Shown here one piece after another: positions 15,415-24,700 of a stretch of DNA of 32,000 nucleotides; positions within the stretch are counted from its first letter, which is position 1; every line of letters begins with the position of its first letter. The stretch lies in NCBI GenBank assembly GCA_017620015.1, contig JAFZRE010000022.1, positions 28,893 through 60,892 on the forward strand, written 5' to 3'. The notes under the pieces are model-generated. The model worked only from the letters and a program-made list of their open reading frames with translations, was not told where the DNA came from and did no database searches. The DNA comes from Bacteroidales bacterium (lineage in GTDB: Bacteria; Bacteroidota; Bacteroidia; Bacteroidales; ML635J-15). The translations under genes were made by a program, and so were the position numbers.

Positions 15415-17049
15415 ATGATAAGAAAATTTTTCACTGCAATAAGCATTTGCGTACTTTCGGCATCTGTTGCAACTGCACAAATCGACTACTCCGACTGGGT
15501 TGGCGGATACCCCGATGGTTGCACAAGCATAACGGTTGGCAAGAAAGCAAGTGCCGACGGTTCGGTATTTACCTCGCACACCGACGACAGCCACCGATCA
15601 AAATCGGAATTCAACATCGAGCCGGCACGCGACTATCCCAAGGGCGCAACAAAAAAGATTTACAAGCGCGTATCGAAGAACATCTACGCAATGCCCACAT
15701 ACGAATTCGAAGAAGTCGGTGAAATTCCGCAGGTTGCGCACACATACCGTTATATAAACACCGCCTACCCCTGTATGAACGAAAAGCAACTCGGCATTGG
15801 CGAATCGACTTTCGGCGGACGCAAGACGCTGGTTTCCGAAAACGGAATCATCGACTGCACACAACTCTGCCAACTTATGCTCGAACGCTGCGCCTCTGCT
15901 CGCGAAGCAATAACTCTCGCAGGCGAACTCATTAAAGAATACGGCTGGATAGATGTCGGTGAATGCCTCACCATTGCCGACAAGAACGAAGTTTGGCACC
16001 TTGAAATCATTGGTCCGGGCAAAGGCAAGAAAGGTGGAATCTGGGTTGCACAACGCGTTCCCGACGACCATATTGCAGTAAATGCCAACGCCAGCACCAT
16101 CAAGCATATCGACTTGAAAAACAGCGATATGTTTATGGCAAGTGAGAACATCTTCAAGATGGCTTTGGATTCGGGATGGTGCAAGTCGGAAGCAGATTTT
16201 GAATTCTGCCACGCCTACGCACCCGAAAGCCGCAACAGCATTGCTGCCCGCCGTCGCGAATGGCGTATATTTGACCTTGTGGCCCCGTCGCTCAAACTCG
16301 ATGCAAACGACCAGGACTATCCATTTTCGGTAAAACCCGACAAACCAGTGACTTTGGAACAACTTTCGATGATTTTCCGCGACTACTACGAAGGTACGCC
16401 ATACGACATTACACACGCCCTCACCATTACCGACAAGGACGGCAAAGAGATTATTTCGCCAATGGCAAACCCTCAAATGCCTTACGACCAGATGAAAATA
16501 GAGAACGTCCGCGGAAGCTGGTACGATGTGGACTCGAAAACAGGCAAGATTGAAATGCTCGGCGAACGCACGATAGCACGCTGGTACACAATGTACGCCA
16601 CCATTTTGCAATGCCGCTCGTGGTTGCCAGACGAAATCGGCGGTGTGGCGTGGATCGCCCTCGACAATGTTGCGACTTCGATTTATGTGCCGTTCTACCC
16701 ACAAATCACGCAACTGCCCAAATGCTACGAAACGCCAGGTCGTCCCAATGGTTACACCCAGGAATCTGCTTGGTGGGCTTTCAACAGGCTCGGCACACTA
16801 ACGCACCAGCGCTGGGGCGATATGCGCAAGAACGTGGTTGATGCAGTATGGATTCCGTGGCAGAAAGAACTTTTCGACAACCAGAAAAACATTGAAGCCG
16901 AAGCAAAAGCATTGATGGACAAGAAGAACGGCCGAAAGGAAGCCATTGCAAAACTTACCGAATACTCAAATATGTGGGGACAAAAGGTCGTTGACAAGGC
17001 TTGGAAACTCGGCGATTTCCTCTGGACTAAATATGATGAGAAATTCTAA
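15415..17049 (+). CDS. C69 family dipeptidase (exported)
   Basis: Signal peptide, then the nucleophile context DGCTSITVGKKASADGSVFTSHTDD. The length (about 540 aa) and WYTMYAT / VPFYP segments are typical of peptidase C69. Confidence 0.85.
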   Translation: MIRKFFTAISICVLSASVATAQIDYSDWVGGYPDGCTSITVGKKASADGSVFTSHTDDSHRSKSEFNIEPARDYPKGATKKIYKRVSKNIYAMPTYEFEEVGEIPQVAHTYRYINTAYPCMNEKQLGIGESTFGGRKTLVSENGIIDCTQLCQLMLERCASAREAITLAGELIKEYGWIDVGECLTIADKNEVWHLEIIGPGKGKKGGIWVAQRVPDDHIAVNANASTIKHIDLKNSDMFMASENIFKMALDSGWCKSEADFEFCHAYAPESRNSIAARRREWRIFDLVAPSLKLDANDQDYPFSVKPDKPVTLEQLSMIFRDYYEGTPYDITHALTITDKDGKEIISPMANPQMPYDQMKIENVRGSWYDVDSKTGKIEMLGERTIARWYTMYATILQCRSWLPDEIGGVAWIALDNVATSIYVPFYPQITQLPKCYETPGRPNGYTQESAWWAFNRLGTLTHQRWGDMRKNVVDAVWIPWQKELFDNQKNIEAEAKALMDKKNGRKEAIAKLTEYSNMWGQKVVDKAWKLGDFLWTKYDEKF

Positions 17050-17072
17050 TCCAATAATGATTTACTTTTTAC

Positions 17073-17231
17073 GTCATTCCGCAAGTCAGAACAGACACGC
17101 GATACAGAACGGAGAGCGTTGTGATGTTCGACTGTGCGGAATCTCCCCAAGTACTAATTTCAAGGAGATTCCGTATAAGCGAGTTCACACGACACGTTCC
17201 TCTGTCGGTTCACTCTGCTTTACGGAATGAC
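17073..17231. repeat. Twin-hairpin palindromic element built on four ATTCCG/CGGAAT cores
   Basis: H1: 17076-17087 pairs with 17130-17142 (12 bp, 1 bulge). H2: 17168-17180 pairs with 17217-17228 (12 bp, 1 bulge). Alternative fold: outer 17073-81/17223-31 (9 bp) plus inner 17137-46/17164-73 (10 bp). Confidence 0.7.
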
Positions 17232-17252
17232 ATCTTATTTTTATCCTAAACA

Positions 17253-18695
17253 ATGTCATTGATTTACAAACACATATTAACCCTTATAACTATTACGCTA
17301 CCGATTGCAGCAGTTTTCGGGCAAAACGACTTCATAGCTTCGCTGAAAAAGAATCTCGGCAACTACCGTCCGCAGTACATCGAAGCCAAAATTTCGTCAC
17401 CAGTCGGCAACGAACACCTTTACCCCAAGGTCATTATTTCAGAAGAGCCTTACACTCTGACACAGAACGCAATATCTTACTATGATGCAATATCGTCATT
17501 ACCAGAGGAAACAAAAATGTCGATGTTAAAGGCGCACTCCGAAATAGCCTACGCAGCCGAAAAATCAGGACTAGCCTCCTACCCCGACAAACTTCTGTGG
17601 CTCCCATTTGCGATTTCTGCATTCGGCAAGGAATACGAACTTGACGGCAACTGCGGTGTGTGGGGACTGCAATACCTATATGCAATAAAATACGGCGTAG
17701 AAATCAGCGAATGCACCGAAGGACGCCACGACATCATGCAATCGACACCGGCTGCAATACGCCAACTTCAATATCTGCACGACAAGTTCGACAAATGGGA
17801 CGAAGCTTTGGCAGCATACCTTTTCGGCTCGTCGAACCTGAAGCGAATGCAAGTGCAGAACAAGCCTTTAAACGAAATTTACACATCGCTAGACCCGTAT
17901 GGCAAGAACATTTTCGACATCTGGTGTGCAATGATTTCGTGGTCAGAAAACTATAGAAACTGCATAATCGAAGTCAAGGCGATAGAACAGCAATACGACA
18001 CCATCCGTATTAGTGACCGCATTCATATCGAGCAGATTTCCAAGGTAATGGGCATAAGTCTGAACGAACTGAAATCGCTCAATTCGACCTTCCATTGCGA
18101 AGTCATCGACGGACGGCATACTGCAGTGACATTCAAGCTGCCTACTGGCAGAAAAGATGATTTTACAAGGCTTCACGACAGCATTGTCAAGTACAACGAC
18201 ACCATTTATTTTCCACCGCCAAAGCCACCAGTAGAACCGAAAAACTACGTCGTTGAAGGTAATGGCGAAAAAATCATCTACACCATACAGAGCGGCGACT
18301 ACCTTGGCAAGATTGCGCAAAAATTCGGTGTGAAAGTCAGCGACATACAAGCCTGGAACGGTCTGAGCAACACCAACATAACCGCAGGCAAAACACTTGT
18401 GATATGGACAGGGAAGAAACCAGCCTCGAATAGCCAGACTACCCAGCCAAAGACAACCACAAACACAACAAAGCCCGCAACACAATCAAACACAAGCGCG
18501 TCCACAACCGCTACATTCAACGCAAAGGACTACACTTTGGTTGAAACCTACACGGTAAAATCTGGTGACAATCCGTACAACATCGCCAAGCGCTACAGTT
18601 GGGCTACTGCAGATGAAATTCTAAAATGGAACAACATCTCAGACCCGTCGAAATTACAGATTGGCCAGAAACTAAAAATCTACAAGAAAAAGTAA
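17253..18695 (+). CDS. LysM peptidoglycan-binding domain protein with an MltD/SLT-like N-terminal domain
   Basis: Signal peptide. SLT-like segment AISAFGKEYELDGNCGVWGLQYLY. LysM repeats YTIQSGDYLGKIAQKFGVKVSDIQAWNGL...GKTLVIW and YTVKSGDNPYNIAKRY...ILKWNNI...GQKLKIY. A Thr/Gln/Pro-rich linker lies between them. Confidence 0.8.
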   Translation: MSLIYKHILTLITITLPIAAVFGQNDFIASLKKNLGNYRPQYIEAKISSPVGNEHLYPKVIISEEPYTLTQNAISYYDAISSLPEETKMSMLKAHSEIAYAAEKSGLASYPDKLLWLPFAISAFGKEYELDGNCGVWGLQYLYAIKYGVEISECTEGRHDIMQSTPAAIRQLQYLHDKFDKWDEALAAYLFGSSNLKRMQVQNKPLNEIYTSLDPYGKNIFDIWCAMISWSENYRNCIIEVKAIEQQYDTIRISDRIHIEQISKVMGISLNELKSLNSTFHCEVIDGRHTAVTFKLPTGRKDDFTRLHDSIVKYNDTIYFPPPKPPVEPKNYVVEGNGEKIIYTIQSGDYLGKIAQKFGVKVSDIQAWNGLSNTNITAGKTLVIWTGKKPASNSQTTQPKTTTNTTKPATQSNTSASTTATFNAKDYTLVETYTVKSGDNPYNIAKRYSWATADEILKWNNISDPSKLQIGQKLKIYKKK

Positions 18696-18848
18696 AAACG
18701 CGAAGATTCGCGAACGTAAATTAGAACATTTTTCTCTAAAGAAATGTACAAACTTGGCAACTCGCTTGGATAACATTCTACAATTCAACAATTTGTCACT
18801 TTTTAGAAAAATAATTAAAAAATTATTTGCCAGTTAAAAATAAAGCAG

Positions 18849-18856
18849 TATCTTTG
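18849..18856 (+). promoter_or_regulatory. -7 box TATCTTTG for the tRNA gene
   Basis: Exact TAnnTTTG ending 9 nt before the first tRNA nucleotide. Confidence 0.5.
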
Positions 18857-18865
18857 CACCGCTTT

Positions 18866-18939
18866 TCCTCAGTAGCTCAGTTGGTTAGAGCACCTGACTG
18901 TTAATCAGGGGGTCGTAGGTTCAAGTCCTACCTGGGGAG
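18866..18939 (+). tRNA. tRNA-Asn (anticodon GTT)
   Basis: Folded by hand: acceptor TCCTCAG/CTGGGGA, D-arm GCTC-AGTTGGTTA-GAGC, anticodon arm CCTGA-CTGTTAA-TCAGG, T-arm GTAGG-TTCAAGT-CCTAC, discriminator G. 74 nt. CCA is not encoded. Confidence 0.93.
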
Positions 18940-18942
18940 CAG

Positions 18943-18971
18943 AAAAGCGGACTGAAAAGCCCGCTTTTTTT
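18943..18971. terminator. Intrinsic terminator after the tRNA, possibly bidirectional (cutC ends at 19012 on the opposite strand)
   Basis: AAAAGCGG-N10-CCGCTTTT followed by TTTT on the + strand and preceded by an A-run that would serve the - strand. Confidence 0.6.
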
Positions 18972-19011
18972 GTTGGTGCATTCCAAATCAATACAACTTG
19001 ATTATCAATGT

Positions 19012-19716
19012 TTATTTTGCCGCAGCAACAAAACGTTCAACTTCTTCTGAATCAGTCTCTATATAACGGCTTGAATCTTCAATATTGGTCTTTTGCATAT
19101 TTTCTATGGTATGCTTGCACGAAGAATGCACCTCGCCTACACCAGTTGCGCGTATTAGTTCAGCAACATTCTGCGAATTCACACCACTGCCAGCAAGAAT
19201 TTTGATTCTACCAGCTGCAAGTTTTTGAATTTCGCGCAGATTACCAATGCCCTCTGGTGCAGTCTTTCGTTGACCAGACGTCAGAATGCGGTCGCAACCA
19301 CATTCAATAATCTGTTCCAAAGCTATGTGCCAGTCGCGGCAACGGTCGAAGGCGCGATGAAAAGTCACTTCCATCGGACGGGCAAGCTTTACGATTTCTG
19401 CGGTGCGTTTTATGTCAATGTCAAGGTTTTTGTCGAGGAAACCGGCAACAACTCCATGAACACCAAGCTCTTTGCATATCAATACATCTTGTTTTATCGC
19501 CTCGTATTCGGCGTCGTTGTAACAGAAATCACCGGGACGCGGTCTAATGAGTACCATAGTTTTTAGAGACAGATTCTCAACACAATATTTTATTGCCGCA
19601 TACGATGGTGTAGTGCCACCTTCGTTAAGATTCTGGCATAATTCTATGCGGTCTGCTCCACCATTTTCGGCATTTATTGCCGACTGTACCGAATTGGCGC
19701 AAATTTCAACAATCAT
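19012..19716 (-). CDS. cutC: Copper homeostasis protein CutC
   Basis: MIVEICANSVQSAINAENGGADRIELCQNLNEGGTTPS, MVLIRPRPGDFCY, VTFHRAFD, RILTSG. Full-length 234 aa. Confidence 0.9.
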   Translation of the reverse strand: MIVEICANSVQSAINAENGGADRIELCQNLNEGGTTPSYAAIKYCVENLSLKTMVLIRPRPGDFCYNDAEYEAIKQDVLICKELGVHGVVAGFLDKNLDIDIKRTAEIVKLARPMEVTFHRAFDRCRDWHIALEQIIECGCDRILTSGQRKTAPEGIGNLREIQKLAAGRIKILAGSGVNSQNVAELIRATGVGEVHSSCKHTIENMQKTNIEDSSRYIETDSEEVERFVAAAK

Positions 19717-19734
19717 CTCTTTTGTTTTTTGCTA

Positions 19735-19742
19735 CAAAAATA
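19735..19742 (-). promoter_or_regulatory. -7 box TATTTTTG for cutC (minus strand)
   Basis: The reverse complement of caaaaata, 18 nt upstream of the cutC ATG. Confidence 0.4.
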
Positions 19743-19803
19743 TGAAATTTTACATTTGGTTTGCCTTGTATTTACAAAAGCACTATCTTCGCAAAAAAAA
19801 GAT

Positions 19804-21648
19804 ATGGCAAACAAAGTTCGTGAAATTCCAATTGAAGAGTTCTTCCGCAATTCAGAAAAGTCATCGTTTGACATTTCTCCAGATGGCAAACACATTTCAT
19901 ATCTGGCTCCTTACAAATCGAGGATGAACATTTTTGTTACTGGTATCGATTTGGCAGAACCGCATCAGGTCACATTCGAGGAAGACCGTGATGTTGATGG
20001 ATATATGTGGGCAAACAACAACCGAATCCTTTTTATGAAGGATGATGGCGGAGATGAGAATTTCCAACTTTACGGCGTTGATGCCGACGGTAGCGACACG
20101 CGACCGTACACCAAGATGAAAGGTGTTCGCACACATATCCTTGACGACTTGGAAGATATTGACGATGAGATACTTATCGAAACTAACCAACGCAACCCAG
20201 AGATTTTCGACCCATATAGACTCAATTTGAAGACTGGAGAAATGACAATGCTCGCCGAAAATCCTGGCAATATTCAGGCATGGATGACCGACCACGAAGG
20301 AAAGTTACGAATTGCCTATTCGATTGTCGATGGCGTTAACCAGGAAATGCTCTACCGCGACACCGAAGATGAAGATTTCCGTCCCGTAATACGCACTTCG
20401 TACAAGGAGGATGTTTCGGCTATTGTTTTCACTGCCGACAACAAGAATGTGTATGCAATCACAAACCTTGGTCGCGACAAATCGGCTCTGGTGCTCATGA
20501 ACCCAGCAACCGCCGAAGAACTTGAAGAAATTTTCACAAACGACCATTACGACATTTCTGGAATTGGATGGTCTAACCTGCGTAAAAAATTAACTTCGGT
20601 TTCGTATGCGGGACACAAGGATACAGTCCGCCATTTCTTTGATGCTGATGCAGAACGCATAAACGATAGGCTAAAAGCTGCATTCCCTAACCATAAGTTT
20701 GGTACGGCAGCTACCAACAAGGACGAGGATATGCGCATTGTCTATGTCGGAAACGACCGCACCCGTGGCACCTATTACCTATATGACGTCAAGGCGGACA
20801 AAATTAGCAAGATTGCCGACCTTTCGCCATGGCTGAAAGAAGACGAATTGTCACCGATGCTTCCTGTAGTTTACACATCGCGCGACGGCTTACAAATCGA
20901 AGCCTACCTTACATTGCCAAACGGCTACACTCTTGACTCTGCAAAAAATCTGCCAGCAGTCGTAATTCCCCATGGTGGACCATGGGCTCGCGACTATTGG
21001 GGCTACGATTCTGAAGTTCAATTCCTTGCAAACAGAGGCTATGCCGTGTTTCAGATGAATTTCCGTGGCTCTACCGGTTTTGGTCGCAAGTTCAAGGAAC
21101 TGTCGTACAAACAATGGGGACAGACCATGCAAGACGACATTACCGATGGTGTTATGTGGTTGATTGACAAGGGATATGTTGACAAAAATAGGATTGCAAT
21201 ATATGGAGGAAGCTATGGAGGATATGCAACATTACAAGCTCTGGTGAAAACTCCCAAACTGTTTGCCTGCGGCGTTGACTACGTTGGCGTATCAAATCTT
21301 TTTACCTTCCTAAATACAATTCCGCCATACTGGAAGCCAATGCTTGAGATGATGTACGAACAAGTTGGCAATCCCGAAACCGACAAGGAAATGCTTGCAG
21401 CAAACTCTCCTGCACTGAATGCCGAAAAAATTGTTCGCCCGCTGTTCATTGCCCAGGGAGCCAACGACCCACGTGTCAACAAAGCCGAATCGGACCAAAT
21501 GGTTGAAGCTTTGCGCAAACGTGGCGTAGAAGTTGACTATATGGTGAAGGACAACGAAGGTCACGGATTCCACAACGAGGAAAACCGCTTCGAATTTTAT
21601 CACGCGATGGAAGATTTTTTGAAAAAATGGCTGACAACAACCAAATGA
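19804..21648 (+). CDS. S9 family serine peptidase (prolyl oligopeptidase / dipeptidyl aminopeptidase-like)
   Basis: The start was moved to the ATG at 19804 (MANKVREIPIEEFF). The listed TTG at 19729 lies in the divergent promoter region. Catalytic triad context: YGGSYGGY (Ser), AQGANDPRV (Asp), NEGHGF (His). The N-terminal half is beta-propeller-like. Confidence 0.85.
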   Translation: MANKVREIPIEEFFRNSEKSSFDISPDGKHISYLAPYKSRMNIFVTGIDLAEPHQVTFEEDRDVDGYMWANNNRILFMKDDGGDENFQLYGVDADGSDTRPYTKMKGVRTHILDDLEDIDDEILIETNQRNPEIFDPYRLNLKTGEMTMLAENPGNIQAWMTDHEGKLRIAYSIVDGVNQEMLYRDTEDEDFRPVIRTSYKEDVSAIVFTADNKNVYAITNLGRDKSALVLMNPATAEELEEIFTNDHYDISGIGWSNLRKKLTSVSYAGHKDTVRHFFDADAERINDRLKAAFPNHKFGTAATNKDEDMRIVYVGNDRTRGTYYLYDVKADKISKIADLSPWLKEDELSPMLPVVYTSRDGLQIEAYLTLPNGYTLDSAKNLPAVVIPHGGPWARDYWGYDSEVQFLANRGYAVFQMNFRGSTGFGRKFKELSYKQWGQTMQDDITDGVMWLIDKGYVDKNRIAIYGGSYGGYATLQALVKTPKLFACGVDYVGVSNLFTFLNTIPPYWKPMLEMMYEQVGNPETDKEMLAANSPALNAEKIVRPLFIAQGANDPRVNKAESDQMVEALRKRGVEVDYMVKDNEGHGFHNEENRFEFYHAMEDFLKKWLTTTK

Positions 21649-21787
21649 ATAGTTAAGTTTTTAGACTACACCCACATACCTAAATAACACCATTCTGTTA
21701 ATTACTTTTTGATAAAAAGTAGGCTCAAAAATACGTTTGGTAATCCCAAACGCACTAATTTCGTAGCTGGTATTAAAGATTTGCAAG

Positions 21788-24700
21788 ATGGTTAATTTCA
21801 CGCATTTACACGTTCACTCGCACTATTCAGTACTCGACGGAATGTCGAAGGTTCCCGACTTAGTAAACAAGGCCATGAAAAACGGCATGACGGCTCTTGC
21901 CCTTACCGACCATGGCAACATGTATGGCATAAAGGACTTTTTTGACACCGTTAAGAAAGTAAATGAGAAAATTAATGACAAGATAAAAGAACAAAACACA
22001 ATTCTTAAAAACAAAGAACTTCCGGACGAAGAAAAAGCCGAAGCGCAAAAAGTCATTGATGAATTGACAAAGCAACTATTCAAGCCTATAATTGGCATTG
22101 AAGCATATTGTGCTCGACGTACACTGCACGACAAGGACAAGGACTACCGCGAACCATCACCCGAGACTGGAAAAATGAAAATAGTCGATAGCAGCGGATA
22201 CCATTTAATATTATTGGCAAAAAACAAAAAGGGCTACCAAAACCTTTGCAAATTGTCGTCAATTGGCTTCACACAAGGATACTACAGCACGCCTAGAATA
22301 GATAAGGAAGTGCTTGAAAAATACCACGAAGGCATAATTGCCAGTTCAGCCTGTCTTGGCGGTGAAATACCACAGCTTATTATTGCCAACAAACTCGACA
22401 AAGCCGAAGAAACTATACTTTGGTTCAAGCAGGTATTTGGCGAAGACTTCTACATAGAACTGCAACGACACAAAACCGACAAGCCTGGCGGAGCACGTGA
22501 CACTTACGAACGACAAGTTGCCGTAAACAAGGTGCTGGTTGAATTTGCACGCAAACACAACATCAAGATTATTGCAACCAACGATGTGCATTTTGTCGAA
22601 GAAGAACACGGAGAAGCCCACGAGAGGCTCATATGCTTAAGCACACAGACAGAACTAAACGACCCCAACCGAGGCATGGCCTACACCAAGCAGGAATGGC
22701 TCAAGTCGCCAGAGGAAATGGAAGCCATCTTCTCCGACCTACCAGAAGCTTTGGAAAACACAATGGAAATTGCCGACAAAGTAGAATTTTACGACATTGA
22801 CTCTGGACCTATTATGCCGGCATTCCCCATTCCCGAAGAATTTGGCACAGAAGAGGAATACCACAAGAAATTTAAAGACGAAGACCTTTTCAAAGAATTC
22901 ACTTGCGATGAAAACGGCCAAGTAGTGATGTCGCCGGAAGACGCAGAAAAGAAGATTAAGAAAATTGGCGGTTACGAAAAACTGTACCGCATTAAGCTCG
23001 AAGCCGACTACCTTGCAAAACTTACATGGGAAGGCGCACACAAGCGTTACGGAGAGAACCTCACACAAGAACAAACCGACAGAATAAAGTTCGAACTGCA
23101 CATAATGAAGACAATGGGTTTCCCTGGGTACTTCCTTATTGTACAAGACTATATACGTGGAGCACGCGAAGAACTCGGAGTTTGGGTTGGACCTGGACGT
23201 GGTTCGGCAGCAGGTTCGGTAGTCGCATACTGCCTGCATATTACCGACCTCGACCCTCTGAAATACGATCTTCTGTTCGAGCGTTTCCTCAACCCCGACC
23301 GTATCTCCCTGCCCGATATTGACGTTGACTTCGACGATGCAGGCCGAGGCAAGGTTCTAGATTGGGTAACACATAAATACGGTGAAGAAAAGGTGGCCCA
23401 CATCATAACCTACGGAACTATGGCTACAAAATCAGCAATTGCCGATGTTGGACGAGTACAAGGTGTTCCGCTTGACCGCGTCAACGAGATAAAAAAGATG
23501 ATTCCAGACAAGTTCCCAGACAATATAAAGGACGAAAAGGGAAAGAATCCAAAGGTTAACCTCAAAAACTGCATAAAATATGTACCCGAGATAAAACAGA
23601 TTCTCGAAGGCGAAGACCACAATACGTCCACAATGATTGAATACGCAGAAGAACTAGAAGGTACAATCCGTCAAGTCGGAATACATGCCTGCGGATTCAT
23701 CATCGGAGCCGACGACCTTACCAAATTCGCTCCTATCAGCACCATCGAGGACAAGGAAACAGAAGGTCGTGTGCCTGTAACCCAGTACGATGGACATGTC
23801 ATTGAAAGCGTGGGGCTTATAAAGATGGACTTCCTCGGACTGATTACCCTGTCGATAATGAAGGAAGCGGTTTCCAACATAAAGAAAACCAAAGGCATAG
23901 ACCTTGACATCAACAGCATTCCAATCAACGACCCAGAAACCTACAAGATATATTGTGCTGGCAAGACTGTTGCCATATTCCAGTTTGAATCGCCAGGAAT
24001 GCAGAAGCATCTGCGCGACCTACAGCCGACAGTATTCGAGGACCTCATCGCTATGAACGCTCTCTACAGACCGGGACCAATGGCGTACATTCCTCAGTTT
24101 ATCAACCGCAAGCACGGCAAGGAGCCTATCACATACGACATCCCCGTGATGGAGAAATACTTGAAAGACACCTACGGAATCACAGTATATCAGGAGCAGG
24201 TGATGTTGCTGTCGCGACTGCTTGCCGACTTTACACGTGGCGAAAGCGATGCTTTACGTAAGGCTATGGGTAAGAAAAAGAAAGACATTGTTGATGCAAT
24301 GAAACCTAAGTTCATAGAAGGCGGCAAAAGGAACGGACACGACCCGAAGATTCTGGAAAAAATATGGAGCGACTGGGAGAGCTTCGCATCCTACGCATTC
24401 AACAAGTCACATGCAGCATGTTACGCGTGGGTTTCGTACCAGACTGCATATCTAAAAGCCCACTACCCAGCAGAATTCATGGCTGCCAACCTTACGCTCA
24501 ACAAGGACGATATTACAGAAGTTACCAAGTTGATGAGCGAATGCAAGAATATGAAAATTAACGTTTTGTCGCCAGATATTAATGAAAGTGACCTCAACTT
24601 CACGGTAACCAAAAACGACGACATCCGCTTCGGACTCGGTGGTGTAAAAGGTGTGGGCGAAGGTGCTGTAATGGCTATTATCTCCGAACGCGAAGCTAAC

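Noticed and set aside
15598-16713. A 371-aa ORF on the minus strand, the longest of many antisense ORFs. Others are 9338-9874, 10673-11242, 13351-13833, 17943-18485, 22739-23239, 24463-25059 and 27343-27900.
   Set aside because: Each lies entirely inside, and antisense to, a gene with strong family motifs. Their products are low-complexity (Val/Phe/Cys/Arg-rich) and contain no recognisable motifs. They are shadow ORFs.
18696-18848. Short stems after the LysM gene (CGCGAA-GA-TTCGCG at about 18700; ACATTT-N11-AAATGT at about 18725) as possible terminators or an sRNA.
   Set aside because: The stems are only 5-6 bp, with no U-tract and no promoter box. They cannot be distinguished from chance in AT-rich spacer.
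21649-21787. The hairpin CGTTTGG-taatc-CCAAACG upstream of dnaE, and the near-consensus box AAGATTTG.
   Set aside because: It is a single 7-bp stem. The box lacks the TA dinucleotide and lies only 4 nt from the ATG. This is insufficient support for a regulatory call.
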